DNA from: Candidatus Heimdallarchaeota archaeon
GTDB taxonomy: Archaea; Asgardarchaeota; Heimdallarchaeia; Heimdallarchaeales; Heimdallarchaeaceae
NCBI GenBank assembly: GCA_030603365.1
Contig: JAUVXV010000001.1
Location: 288,001-352,000 of the forward strand
Reading direction: 5' to 3'
Length of the DNA stretch: 64,000 bases
The notes under the pieces were generated by a model. The model was not told where the DNA came from and did no database searches. It saw nothing but the letters and a program-made list of their open reading frames with translations. Shown one piece after another: positions 10,630 through 21,228 of this stretch. Position 1 is the stretch's first letter, and each line of letters starts with the position of its first letter. The position numbers and the translations under genes are program-made.

Positions 10630-11439
10630 ATGCAAGCAATACCCCTAACTGAGGAAGATAAAAAAATTGCAGAGACACTTTCTAGAATAAAACATACAAT
10701 TGCTGTACTTTCAGGTAAAGGAGGTACAGGTAAAACGACTGTGACTGTTAATCTTGCTCAAACCTTATCAAACATGGGTTACAAGGTTGGAGTTCTTGAT
10801 GCTGATATTACTGGTCCTAACGTACCTTTAATGTTTGGCGTTGAGGATGATCAAATGTCCTCGAAAGACAATAAAATTATGCCAGTTGAAGCTGAGAAGA
10901 TAAAGATTGTGTCTATGGAATTTCTACTTCAAGATAAATCCCAAGCTATAATTTGGAGAGGCCCCATGAAGATTAAAGCCCTTAAACAATTACTAGCTGA
11001 TGTAAATTGGGGTGAACTGGACTTTCTAGTGGTTGACTTGCCTCCAGGAAGTAGTGATGAGCCCCTTTCTATTGTTCAAACAATAAAAGATTTAGATGGG
11101 ATGATTATAGTTACAACTCCCCAAGATGTTTCTTTACTTGACGTAACAAAATCAATAAATTTTGCTCAAGTGGTCAAAGTACCTATACTTGGAATTATCG
11201 AAAATATGTCTGGTTTTATCTGCCCTCATTGTAATGAACCTACTTACATATTCAAAAAAGATGGTGGGAAGAAAATGGCTGAAGAATTATCTTTAGATTT
11301 CTTAGGTGCCATTCCATTAATTACACAAATCTGTGAGGCTGGAGACTTGGGAAGGCCTGCTGTTCTGAATAATGAAAAGGTAGAAAAGATATTTGGAAAA
11401 ATAGTAGAGAAGATTCTTGAGAAGATAAAAAAGGAGTGA
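10630..11439 (+). CDS. mrp: Mrp/NBP35/ApbC Fe-S cluster carrier ATPase
   Basis: SGKGGTGKTT, DADITGPN, IIWRGP, DLPPG, VTTPQ, ENMSGFICPHC. Confidence 0.95.
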   Translation: MQAIPLTEEDKKIAETLSRIKHTIAVLSGKGGTGKTTVTVNLAQTLSNMGYKVGVLDADITGPNVPLMFGVEDDQMSSKDNKIMPVEAEKIKIVSMEFLLQDKSQAIIWRGPMKIKALKQLLADVNWGELDFLVVDLPPGSSDEPLSIVQTIKDLDGMIIVTTPQDVSLLDVTKSINFAQVVKVPILGIIENMSGFICPHCNEPTYIFKKDGGKKMAEELSLDFLGAIPLITQICEAGDLGRPAVLNNEKVEKIFGKIVEKILEKIKKE

Positions 11440-11533
11440 TTCAAGCAAAATCACACTATTTTCTATTTTCATTTTGTCAGAAAACTTTCGCAATGTTTTT
11501 GTATCTAAAATGTTGTACTTTCTTTTGATTCAT

Positions 11534-13981
11534 ATGAATTATAATAGAAAAAAATTAATTATTCTCAGTTGCTTAATTTCATCTATTCTGATATTGTCTA
11601 CATTCACTTCAATTAGTGTGTTGGGGTATGATTGGAATACCACCCAAACCTATACTTTACAAGAAGAAGACAATATTGGATATGGGGTTTTAGACGGCCA
11701 GAGAATAAGAGAAAACCAGTATTTGGAAGCTGAGTATGATACAGATATAAGGTATGTTCATCTGGACAGTCAATCTGTAACGGAAAATATGGCTAATGAT
11801 TCAACAGATTTCAGAATTTCAACAGATTCAATTTTATATAATAGCTACAGAAGATTTGATCTTGATAGTGCAGAATGGAAACAATTACCTACATATTTTC
11901 AAGCTTTTAATAACACTGGTGTTGGGCCCAATTTACAGATAACTACAGGTATAAATAACCAAGGATATCTTTCATTAAATTCCAAAACCGCTCTCGAGTT
12001 ATATCCTGACATCTTATACGTTTTCAAAGTATCTCTAGTTGCTGGCAAGATGTTTGATCTTAATTTCAAAACTACTGCAGGAATGGATTACTTGATATTT
12101 CTTGATGATGTTCTCTCAAATTCAGGAAGTGTTAATGGTTTAACCAGAGATATTCAACCACTTGTAGCAAGAGCTAAAGGAGATTATTTCATATACCTTC
12201 TATCAAATAGTTATAACTACATCATTATTCAACCTCAAGAAATTGATGTAAACAACCTTTCAGCTAATCAATTGGCAGCTGGTTATTTTGTAAATGAACC
12301 AAATAATATTTGGAATGAAACAAAACAAACTTTTGAAGAAAATCAGAACAAAGAAACTATTCATGCTTATTATTTGAACTTGAATAAAGGAACCTACCTA
12401 TTCAAATATATCAAATTTGACAATTATGATACTGAAGCTTACATTTCTCCATCTGTTAAATGGCAAACATTGAGTTCTGTACCTAGTTATTACGACCGAA
12501 CAATTGATACTGATCCAACAAACAAAAGACTATATCATTTTGAGTATGATACAACAGTTGTAGTTTATATTGAAGCAGAACGAGATGGTATGTCATGGAT
12601 TGAATTCGATTATTTCTTCTCTGTAGAAGAGTTAGATACACCACCTATTCTTCAACCAGAAGACCAATATGACTATGATGATAGTTTCTTCTATTATGGT
12701 ATTGAAATTGAAGAAACACAAGCTGTTTATTTCAACATGACTGGAATGAGTCCTTTTAATGTATGGTACTTCAAACATCTCGATGCAGAAAATGTATTTA
12801 GAGGAACCTATTCACTACAAGCAGATTCTATGGCCGCAACTAAAATAATTCTAGAGCCAGGGTACTATTTCTTTATGAACCAAAATGAAGGTACTTATGA
12901 TTTGACAATAGAATTCAATACTGTCAGCTCTGAAACTTACTTGGGTGGAAGCTTAGATTTTAGTATTAGTCAGAGAAATGGAGATTCTTCTAATTACAAA
13001 TTGATTAAAATAGAGAACTCAAACTTTGGATATCATAACTATAATATTAGCTTAGTAACTCAAAATAACTATACAGCTGAAGTGGGCTATTACATCTTTA
13101 AAGACTCATTTGACCTAAATCGTCAAGGCTACGTTTTCTTTAGACTTGGAACTCAACAAGTTTTAGGAACTTATCAACCATACGGAGAAACTGATACACA
13201 GATGCTTAATATATTATCTCCCGGGGAAATAACAACATATTACCTACTAATAGATCTTCTAGCTTTGTACAACAACACGGGTTATGCTTACCCAAGTTAT
13301 GGTGTTTTTTACTCTGAACCAGTAACAGTAACTCTAAGATTTAAAGAAGATTCTAATGTTCCAGAACCATTTGATTCAGTAAATATCAACTATATTAATG
13401 CAACTCTTAATGAAGATGGAAGTGGATATCTTTCTAGAACCTTTGACACAGCAATTAATGATTATGATCTTTATATCATTCAAGTAACTGTACCAGACTA
13501 TACTTGGTACAATCTAAAAATCGTAATAATTAATGGAACTAGAGATAGTATTACATATAATCTTCATAATTATGATGGAGTAAGAGATTATAGGTTTAGA
13601 CGTCATTCTGTTTGGAATAAGTATTATTGCTTAGATCCGTTTTCAGCAACTCAATTTGTGACATACGATGATTCTAACATATCCCATGTTACATTTGAAG
13701 TCGAATTTGGAGTATTTGATCCTAATTTGATTTTTATGTTCAGTGTTGATCACTCAGGTCTAAATGGTTCAATTTCTTTTGAATTTGTTCCTCATGACAG
13801 TACCTTAGTCTCACCAGCAGATCCAGGACGATTTCTAGGTGGAGGTTTAGGTCTCATTGGATCAATTATACTTGGAATAGTTGGAGGAGCTCTAGCAGTA
13901 GCTGCAATAGTAATTTTGGTAGTAAAAGTGATAATTCCAAAATCAAAAGGAAGTTCTAGTCCCTCATCTCCTCAATACTAA
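11534..13981 (+). CDS. Large secreted beta-rich surface protein with C-terminal membrane anchor
   Basis: Signal-peptide-like N-terminus from ATG 11534, Tyr/Asn-rich ectodomain, single C-terminal TM, short Ser/Pro tail. Confidence 0.7.
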   Translation: MNYNRKKLIILSCLISSILILSTFTSISVLGYDWNTTQTYTLQEEDNIGYGVLDGQRIRENQYLEAEYDTDIRYVHLDSQSVTENMANDSTDFRISTDSILYNSYRRFDLDSAEWKQLPTYFQAFNNTGVGPNLQITTGINNQGYLSLNSKTALELYPDILYVFKVSLVAGKMFDLNFKTTAGMDYLIFLDDVLSNSGSVNGLTRDIQPLVARAKGDYFIYLLSNSYNYIIIQPQEIDVNNLSANQLAAGYFVNEPNNIWNETKQTFEENQNKETIHAYYLNLNKGTYLFKYIKFDNYDTEAYISPSVKWQTLSSVPSYYDRTIDTDPTNKRLYHFEYDTTVVVYIEAERDGMSWIEFDYFFSVEELDTPPILQPEDQYDYDDSFFYYGIEIEETQAVYFNMTGMSPFNVWYFKHLDAENVFRGTYSLQADSMAATKIILEPGYYFFMNQNEGTYDLTIEFNTVSSETYLGGSLDFSISQRNGDSSNYKLIKIENSNFGYHNYNISLVTQNNYTAEVGYYIFKDSFDLNRQGYVFFRLGTQQVLGTYQPYGETDTQMLNILSPGEITTYYLLIDLLALYNNTGYAYPSYGVFYSEPVTVTLRFKEDSNVPEPFDSVNINYINATLNEDGSGYLSRTFDTAINDYDLYIIQVTVPDYTWYNLKIVIINGTRDSITYNLHNYDGVRDYRFRRHSVWNKYYCLDPFSATQFVTYDDSNISHVTFEVEFGVFDPNLIFMFSVDHSGLNGSISFEFVPHDSTLVSPADPGRFLGGGLGLIGSIILGIVGGALAVAAIVILVVKVIIPKSKGSSSPSSPQY

Positions 13982-14003
13982 AATAATCTTCTTTTCTTTT
14001 TTT

Positions 14004-14957
14004 TTATTCTATTTTGTTTCTTATGTGTGAAAAGAATTTAGTTAAATCTATGTTCCCACCTGATATAATTATACCAATTCTTTTCGATTCTAACTTGATT
14101 TTTCCAGATAAAACACCAGCTAATGACACTGCACCTGATGGTTCAACAACAAGTTTCATACGTGACCATAGGAATTCCATTGCATCAACAATTTCCTCCT
14201 CTGTAACGGTTATAATGTCATCAACCTTTTCTTTTATTATTTTGAAGGAATTTATCCCCAATGATACCCTTAATCCATCTGCGATAGTATTTGGATTTTC
14301 AACAAGATATCTCTTACCATCTTTAAAGGATTTATAAGCATCATCAGCATTTTTAGGTTCAACACCAATAACTTTAGCATTCGGACAAAGATTTTTTGTA
14401 GCAATTGCAGTTCCAGATAATAATCCTCCGCCTCCACAAGGAGCAAGCATATAATCCAAATCACCAACTTCTTTGATTAATTCATAAGATACTGTACCTT
14501 GACCATGAATAACGTCTAAATTATTATTAGAATGAATTAAGGTATAGCCAAATCTTTCAATAAGTTCATCAGATGTTTTTTCTCTATCTGTTGGTTTGTT
14601 ACCACAAAAAACTACCTCTGCTCCATAACTCTTGGTTGCCGCAACTTTAATCTTTGGTGCATTTTCAGGCATAACAACAACTGCTTTTACTCCAGCCATT
14701 TTAGCGGCAAGAGACAGAGCTTGGGCATGATTTCCAGATGAATGAGTTGTTACCCCCTTCTCTTTTAATTCTGGTGATAAGCAGGAAATAGCATTAAAAG
14801 CTCCTCTAAACTTAAAAGATCCTGTTTTTTGGAAATTCTCCATTTTACAGTAACATTTTGCTTTTACTAACCCATCTAAAGTGGACGATGTCATAACTGG
14901 GGTTTTATTGATTGTGCTTTGTATTCTTTTGTAAACCTCTTCTACATTACTAATCAT
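14004..14957 (-). CDS. PLP-dependent serine/threonine dehydratase / serine racemase family
   Basis: ENFQKTGSFKFRGA, HSSGNHAQ, PCGGGGL, EPSGA, ISGGN; no regulatory domain. Confidence 0.93.
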   Translation of the reverse strand: MISNVEEVYKRIQSTINKTPVMTSSTLDGLVKAKCYCKMENFQKTGSFKFRGAFNAISCLSPELKEKGVTTHSSGNHAQALSLAAKMAGVKAVVVMPENAPKIKVAATKSYGAEVVFCGNKPTDREKTSDELIERFGYTLIHSNNNLDVIHGQGTVSYELIKEVGDLDYMLAPCGGGGLLSGTAIATKNLCPNAKVIGVEPKNADDAYKSFKDGKRYLVENPNTIADGLRVSLGINSFKIIKEKVDDIITVTEEEIVDAMEFLWSRMKLVVEPSGAVSLAGVLSGKIKLESKRIGIIISGGNIDLTKFFSHIRNKIE

Positions 14958-14981
14958 CTATTTCACCAAATCATCTTATAG

Positions 14982-16343
14982 CTAATGTTTACTTTTGCCT
15001 GTGAAGCTGAAAGAATTAAGTTTAATCCCTGGACAATTACATGTAATCCCTTTTTCTACATCTTTACTTATTAGAGGAACATCTTTTAGACATTGAGTTA
15101 ACTTGTCTGTAAATCTAAAATTCTTTGCAGCAGAAACCACTTCTCCATCCTCAATGTACAGTAAACCATCTCTTGTCAAACCTGTAATGGCACCAAGTTT
15201 TCGGTTAACGAAATTTGTATAATGTAATCTGTTAATATAGAACCCCTTCTTAGTTTCTTCTATCATCTCAGGAACTGATGAATCACCTGGATAAAGAACT
15301 AGATTTATCGGCATAACACCTCCGAAAATATAATCGCTATAAGGGATTATTTGGTGTCCGGTTGTCCCTTCTTTGTTATTTAGATATCTGGATGCAAGAA
15401 AACTGTTATAAATTACAGTTTTTGGAATGCCTTCTTCAACAAGGAAGGATGGTTTCTTCCATACTCCTTCCCCATCTATTGGGGATGATAGCAGAGTATC
15501 AGGATTTAAAGGATCATCTTGGAGAGTTAGTTTATTATCAAATAATTGTGAACCGATTTGATCAGTAATGAAACTTTGAGCTTCATGATATCCTGTTCCA
15601 TTAAAACCAAATGAGAGAAATCTCATTAAGGTTCTTGTTGCTGAAGGTGATAGAATGACTTCATACTCCCCCGGTTCATAGTCTTTTGAATAACATGTAT
15701 TTACTGAAAACTCTGTTGCTTTTCTAGCTAACTCAACTGGATTGAGTTTAGAAGGATCTCTCACATATTGTTCTTCTTTTGCATATCCCTTCCCTTCCTT
15801 TTCAGTTAAGGCATTTATGACTAAACCATTGTAAGTAATTCGATGAGATAAATCAATATCATTGGAATTTATGATTTGAAAGCATAAGTCAGTAATATGA
15901 ACTGCACCTGCAAGTTTCACTTCTTTATCAACCTTTTCTGCTTCATTAATAGCAGTTTCAACAATATCTGCTCTTTGGAATTCATCTAGTAAATCACCCG
16001 TCGAATTAATGGAATCAATTGTTGATTCAGTTTTTTCTGTGAATCCTTGGAAGAAGGGTATTTCAGGTACAAAACTTAGCATTGATTTCATTTGTGAAAT
16101 GCTTGATTCAATTGATTTTTTTGTCAATGAAGTCAATGATATTGAACATAGTTTTTTTCCTTCAGAGACTCTAAACATAAATCGATAAGTGTGATCTGAT
16201 ACATTTTGATGAATGGTTGAATTTGCAAATCTTGTTAATGAGTGTAAACGATCAACACTGCTAATTTCATAACTACTAAACCCATTGGATTCTAGGGATT
16301 TTATAGCATATTCTATTAGAGAATTAAAATTGTCTGAGAACAT
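14982..16343 (-). CDS. TldD/PmbA family protein (PmbA/TldE-like, no HExxxH seen)
   Basis: LTRFANSTIHQN, PGEYEVILSP, DGEG, TGH, TGLTRDG. Confidence 0.88.
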   Translation of the reverse strand: MFSDNFNSLIEYAIKSLESNGFSSYEISSVDRLHSLTRFANSTIHQNVSDHTYRFMFRVSEGKKLCSISLTSLTKKSIESSISQMKSMLSFVPEIPFFQGFTEKTESTIDSINSTGDLLDEFQRADIVETAINEAEKVDKEVKLAGAVHITDLCFQIINSNDIDLSHRITYNGLVINALTEKEGKGYAKEEQYVRDPSKLNPVELARKATEFSVNTCYSKDYEPGEYEVILSPSATRTLMRFLSFGFNGTGYHEAQSFITDQIGSQLFDNKLTLQDDPLNPDTLLSSPIDGEGVWKKPSFLVEEGIPKTVIYNSFLASRYLNNKEGTTGHQIIPYSDYIFGGVMPINLVLYPGDSSVPEMIEETKKGFYINRLHYTNFVNRKLGAITGLTRDGLLYIEDGEVVSAAKNFRFTDKLTQCLKDVPLISKDVEKGITCNCPGIKLNSFSFTGKSKH

Positions 16344-16519
16344 TATATCACTCGTTTGTTTGTTGATAGGAAGTGTCTATCGAGTTTAACCCAAATTGCA
16401 CTTAATAAAAAGATTTCTCTGAATTTTGTAGGAGAATTCCCTTTTGATTTATGATTCTTTACTATTCTTATATGTAGGTCACCAAAATTGTTTTATTCTA
16501 TTTGTACTCATTGGGTGTT

Positions 16520-17149
16520 ATGTCAGAAACTTCTTCTTCTGGAGTGTTCATATGTTTTGAAGGGATCGATGGTTCTGGAAAAACTACTCATTCACGTCTA
16601 ATAGTTGGATACCTCAGTGCTTTGGGTTTTGATGCCGTTTATACCACCGAACCCACTAGATATTCCCTACCTGGACGTAAACTCAGGGAGAGTTTTTTTG
16701 CTCCTGAACGACTTCCGGTTGAAGATGAATTCCACTTGTTTTTGGAAGATAGGAAAATACATCTCAAAGATGAAGTGATTCCGCAGTTAGAAGATGGTAA
16801 AATCGTCATAACTGACAGATATTATTTCTCTTCAGTCGCTTATCAAGGTTCAAGAGGATTGGATTGGCAATATATTCTAGAAGAAAACTTGAAAGTATCT
16901 TTAGTTCCAAACCTAGTACTTCTTCTAGATCTTAATGTAGATGAAGCTATTTCTAGAATTGCCACAGAAAGGGAAGAAGGTGTTAATACATTTGAGAAGA
17001 AAGAAAGTCTTCAAAGAGTAAGAGAAATTTATCTCAATTTAGCAGAAAAATACCCTGACTTATTCCATATCTTTGATGTAAATAAACCAATTCAAGAAGT
17101 ACAAGAGGAAATGCAAGACTTTATTGTAAAATTCTTAAGTAATAGATAA
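16520..17149 (+). CDS. tmk: Thymidylate kinase
   Basis: FEGIDGSGKTT, TEP, TDRYYFSSVAYQG. Confidence 0.96.
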   Translation: MSETSSSGVFICFEGIDGSGKTTHSRLIVGYLSALGFDAVYTTEPTRYSLPGRKLRESFFAPERLPVEDEFHLFLEDRKIHLKDEVIPQLEDGKIVITDRYYFSSVAYQGSRGLDWQYILEENLKVSLVPNLVLLLDLNVDEAISRIATEREEGVNTFEKKESLQRVREIYLNLAEKYPDLFHIFDVNKPIQEVQEEMQDFIVKFLSNR

Positions 17150-17156
17150 CTTGATT

Positions 17157-17891
17157 TTAAAGATAAATTATTATCAACACTAAGGAGGGTATAGAAAGAA
17201 TCATTATGATAAGATCAACAATTTTTATTCTTATACTAAATGCATATACTTCTCTTCTTTTAGGCTCAAAACCTTTCATCACCATTGATTCTGCTAAATC
17301 TACTCCTCTATTTATTGCCCCTGTAACTAATGGTTTGAGAGTTTTCTTCAAAATATACATCTGCTTTAGAATTTCCCACTTTTTCGCATTCAGTCCTTTA
17401 AGTTTCTTTATCTCATTTATTTCTTGAGCTTCCTTTGTTACAACTGGAATGAATTGATAAATCATAATTATAAACCATACAAGTTTCGAGGGAATATACA
17501 ATTTTTCTAATGCTACTGCAAGTTCATATGGTTCAACTGTTAAGAAAAACCAAGATGCAATAGAGAAAGCTGTTAGGAATCTTGTTTCGAAAATTAGAAA
17601 GAGAGTATACGGACTTTCAACAGAAGCTACATAGCATGCTAAAAGAGTTGCAATTAAAGAGAAAAGAGATAGAAACAGAATTGAAATTATCAGATGTTTA
17701 AATCTAATTTTAGCGATAATGATGAGTGTAAGGGACAGATACGCTAGACTAACAAGCAAATATAGATTACTTGAGTATAAGACACTAATAAGTACTACCA
17801 AAAGAAAAATTCCTTTAGAACGTGGATCAAGGATTGCTTTACTCTGAAACCGCATCTTCTCTTTGTTGAAGATAACTGCAGAAGTATTCAT
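17157..17891 (-). CDS. ecfT: ECF transporter transmembrane component T (CbiQ/EcfT)
   Basis: LDPRSK, QFIPVV, LAESMVMKGF; overlaps upstream ECF ATPase. Confidence 0.85.
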   Translation of the reverse strand: MNTSAVIFNKEKMRFQSKAILDPRSKGIFLLVVLISVLYSSNLYLLVSLAYLSLTLIIIAKIRFKHLIISILFLSLFSLIATLLACYVASVESPYTLFLIFETRFLTAFSIASWFFLTVEPYELAVALEKLYIPSKLVWFIIMIYQFIPVVTKEAQEINEIKKLKGLNAKKWEILKQMYILKKTLKPLVTGAINRGVDLAESMVMKGFEPKRREVYAFSIRIKIVDLIIMILSIPSLVLIIIYL

Positions 17892-19414
17892 TTTTCTTCC
17901 CCCTCTTTCAAATTCTTTCCTAAGGCATTTTTTAGAAGTTCATTGTTGAAAGTTTCAGCACTTAAAAATGAAGCAATTCTTCCTTCATTGAGATAAATGA
18001 TAGAATCTACAATTCCACCTAACCAATCCCAATCGTGTGAAATTATAATTATGGTTTTATTATCTTCTTTAAGTTCTGAAATCTTATCTTTTATCCAAGT
18101 TTTGTTTTGCTGATCCATTCCAACTGTAATTTCATCAATCAGAATAATATCTGGTTGATGGTGATTCGAAACAAGAAATACAAGTCTTCTCTTCTCGCCA
18201 TAAGATAGAGAATGGGGATTGTATGAATCATAATTTTCTAAACCACATTCTATGAGATTGGATGAAATTTCTGTTCCATGATATTCATGACCTAGATTAT
18301 TTGAGATAAGGGCAATTTCGTCCTTTACTGTACTCTCGAAGAATTGCTTATCAGGGTCTTGAAAGACTACTCCAATCTTTTTAGTTAACTCATTCCAGGA
18401 AATATTATTAATAGGTTCTCCAAAAATACTGACTTTACCTGAATGTGGTTCCAACAACCCACATAGAATCTTCAAGAGAGTTGTTTTACCAGATCCATTA
18501 TCTCCTATAATGCCAATAACATTTCCCTTTTGGATAGAAAAAGAAATATTCTGTAAATGAAAATTGTCCGAATATCTAAAACTTAGATTCTCTATCTCAA
18601 TTGCAACATCTTCAGGTGTTTGTACTTTCATGTTCTCCTTAATATTCAGGAATTGTTTCTCAAAGTCAACCTTTGCGTATTCCTTTTCTTGTTTCTGTAT
18701 GGTAGTATCGTCCTGTATTCGTCCTCCAGAAATGTGAATGAGACGAGTTGCAATTGGTAAATACGTTTTATAATCATGAGTAGTTATTATTAGTGTTTTT
18801 CCTGAATTATGAAAATCTTTGAACATAGATAAAATCAGCTTCTTATTCTTACGATCAAGGTTTGCCAAAGGTTCATCTGCAATGATTACATCAGGATTGT
18901 TTATTGTTGCGCTACTAAAGGAGACTAATTGTTTTTCACCTTCTGAAAGTTCGTGAATTTTTCTTGTAAGTAAGTCACTAGTATTTAATTTCAGAGAATG
19001 AGATTCTAGCTTCTTGATTATTTCTAATTCATCCATTTTCTCCATATATTCAAGAGGAAAGGCAAGTTCACTGAAAACGTAAGGTGTTACAAATGAATTA
19101 TCAATCCTTTGAGGGATATATCCTATATTCTTTGAGTGTTCTGATAATTGTACTTCAGAAATATCTTTATTTTTATACAGTGATTTGCCCTTTATATCTC
19201 CAGAATAGAAGAATGGAATGAGACCAAGTACTGAATATGCGATAGTACTTTTTCCTGAACCACTAGCTCCTGTAATTATTACAAACTCTCCTTCAGAAAT
19301 TGAAAGTTCTATATCGGTTAAAGTGGGTTGCTCTCTCAAAAAATAACTAAAACTGTATTCTGCAAAGGAGATAAGTGAACTTTTCAATTTTTCTCCTCCA
19401 GCAATCAGTATCAA
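17888..19414 (-). CDS. ECF transporter dual-domain ATPase (fused EcfA-A')
   Basis: Two Walker A (GASGSGKS, GDNGSGKT), LSEGE/LSYGE, FQDPDKQFF. Confidence 0.92.
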   Translation of the reverse strand: MILIAGGEKLKSSLISFAEYSFSYFLREQPTLTDIELSISEGEFVIITGASGSGKSTIAYSVLGLIPFFYSGDIKGKSLYKNKDISEVQLSEHSKNIGYIPQRIDNSFVTPYVFSELAFPLEYMEKMDELEIIKKLESHSLKLNTSDLLTRKIHELSEGEKQLVSFSSATINNPDVIIADEPLANLDRKNKKLILSMFKDFHNSGKTLIITTHDYKTYLPIATRLIHISGGRIQDDTTIQKQEKEYAKVDFEKQFLNIKENMKVQTPEDVAIEIENLSFRYSDNFHLQNISFSIQKGNVIGIIGDNGSGKTTLLKILCGLLEPHSGKVSIFGEPINNISWNELTKKIGVVFQDPDKQFFESTVKDEIALISNNLGHEYHGTEISSNLIECGLENYDSYNPHSLSYGEKRRLVFLVSNHHQPDIILIDEITVGMDQQNKTWIKDKISELKEDNKTIIIISHDWDWLGGIVDSIIYLNEGRIASFLSAETFNNELLKNALGKNLKEGEEK

Positions 19415-20421
19415 GACTGCTTAATTTCCTCCATAATAATATTAGAAAAGAGTTCAAGTAATTCTTCTGTTTCATTTGGTAGTTTGTTTGTTTTAAGTAA
19501 ATTAATACCTGCAGCTGTCGAATGTCCTCCTCCTGAACCTGGAAACATACTTGTTATTTTATTCGCCATATCTCCGAGATTGACATTATTCTGTTTAGCA
19601 AAATCATTTGTGCATCTCATACTCATCCTGATTTCTTTATCTGGCTGAACTGCAATTGTGAGTGCAAAATCTGCACCTAAACTTATCAAAGCTCTTGCTA
19701 ACGAAGATTCATAACTACTGACATAAGATATGGTAAAGATGTGATTATTTATTTTGAAGAATTTCAATCGTCTTGCTCCTTTTATGCGAGCAATTTTTTC
19801 TGGAATCTTCATTGGTTGATGAAGAGTTGAAAGAGTTTCCTCGTAATTTCCACCATTCTCAATAAGAAATTGCACAATTTTGAAAGTAGATTCAGAAATG
19901 TATCTGAATCGTCTAGAATCAAATAAAATTCCAACTAATAGTATTGTAGCTAGATCTGCTGTGAGAGGTGCATCTAAGTCTAAATAGAATTGTGAAATTA
20001 TCTCTGAAGAAGAAGATAATTGTTTTATGATTGAAACTCTAGCTTTTTGTGTAAATTCATGAAACGAATGATGATCAATAATGAACAAAGGAATTTGTTC
20101 TATGATACCTTCCTCAAAATCAAACTCTCCTATTTGCATAAGATTGTTTGTATCACATAAGAAAATAGCTTCTAAACGTTTATTCAACAATCTAGCATGA
20201 AAAAGTTCGTTTCTAATAGTTAGCATGTTTTTCGATAATGTGCTTATTGTAGACGCAAATAGATCTACTGTTAATGAAGGAATAAAATGAATTAGTAGAT
20301 CTTTTAAGCCAATAGCACAAGCTATTGAATCGGGATCTGCATTTTGATGAGTAAAAACACTAGCATTCGAAATTTTTTCTTTCTTCAAAATTTCTATGAT
20401 TTTCATGAATTTTTCAGACAT
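19411..20421 (-). CDS. DHH/DHHA1 family phosphoesterase
   Basis: HQNADPDS, IDHH, GGGHSTAAG. Confidence 0.93.
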   Translation of the reverse strand: MSEKFMKIIEILKKEKISNASVFTHQNADPDSIACAIGLKDLLIHFIPSLTVDLFASTISTLSKNMLTIRNELFHARLLNKRLEAIFLCDTNNLMQIGEFDFEEGIIEQIPLFIIDHHSFHEFTQKARVSIIKQLSSSSEIISQFYLDLDAPLTADLATILLVGILFDSRRFRYISESTFKIVQFLIENGGNYEETLSTLHQPMKIPEKIARIKGARRLKFFKINNHIFTISYVSSYESSLARALISLGADFALTIAVQPDKEIRMSMRCTNDFAKQNNVNLGDMANKITSMFPGSGGGHSTAAGINLLKTNKLPNETEELLELFSNIIMEEIKQS

Positions 20422-20723
20422 TCTAGCTCCTCCTTTAGGGTACTCTGACCATATTCAAATATTTCTGATTGAAAATCTTCTAGTTGCGAAGACGTTAAAC
20501 TACCAGCTATTTCACAATCTAGCGCAAGAGTTAGTAGTTTATCTTCATCTTGATTCAGAATTACAAGAATGTTAAAGTCAGTAATGAGCTGCCAATATTG
20601 ATGATTTTGAATTTGCGAACAAACCTTACTTTCGATTATAGCGGCTAGATTTTCTAGCTGTTCATCGTTCAATAAATCAATACCAATGTTTTCTACTTCA
20701 AATGACATGAAATGTCTACTCAC
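20403..20723 (-). CDS. Small archaeal protein, possibly DUF3194-like
   Basis: Acidic alpha-beta-beta-alpha pattern; lies between prefoldin beta and a DHH gene as in other archaea. Confidence 0.5.
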   Translation of the reverse strand: MSRHFMSFEVENIGIDLLNDEQLENLAAIIESKVCSQIQNHQYWQLITDFNILVILNQDEDKLLTLALDCEIAGSLTSSQLEDFQSEIFEYGQSTLKEELECLKNS

Positions 20724-20754
20724 ACATTATTAGAAATTCTATTTTGGAAAGTAA

Positions 20755-21093
20755 TTATTTTCCCATAAGCTTATCTTGTAGTTCCTTTACTGAAGCAACT
20801 AGTTTCTTTTCTCTATTTGTTAATGATGTGATTTTAACTTCATTCTTTTCTTGTTGTTCTGCAAGAAGTTTCTTTACATCTTCAACCTTAGTCTGGAATA
20901 GTAGTCTTCCTGCAGACCGATAGACTGCAGTAGAAGGATCCATATCCTTGGTTTCCTTTAGTGCAATTTCAATATCACGTTTTTCTAATTCCAACTGCTG
21001 AAGATTCATTCGAATTGCTTCTAGTTGTTGAACAAGTTGATTAAAACGTTGAATATCTTCTTGTTGTTCTGGAGTTAATTGTTGTGTTGCCAT
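20755..21093 (-). CDS. pfdB: Prefoldin beta subunit
   Basis: Gln-rich coiled coils flanking VYRSAGRLLF hairpin; gagga RBS. Confidence 0.93.
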   Translation of the reverse strand: MATQQLTPEQQEDIQRFNQLVQQLEAIRMNLQQLELEKRDIEIALKETKDMDPSTAVYRSAGRLLFQTKVEDVKKLLAEQQEKNEVKITSLTNREKKLVASVKELQDKLMGK

Positions 21094-21228
21094 GTATGTT
21101 TCCTCTTGGCTTATTGTTAATTTATGCTTGAGTGATAATCAAATAAATGTTTTGATGTTAAAGAATCAATGCTTGAAGGTAAAAAGATAAAGAAAAAAAT
21201 AAGAAAAAGAAAGTGAAGAAATCTTTGG

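Noticed and set aside
14982-16343. TldD/PmbA gene as the RiPP leader protease
   Set aside because: It lies 36 kb away in core context and lacks a visible HExxxH; nothing links it to the locus.
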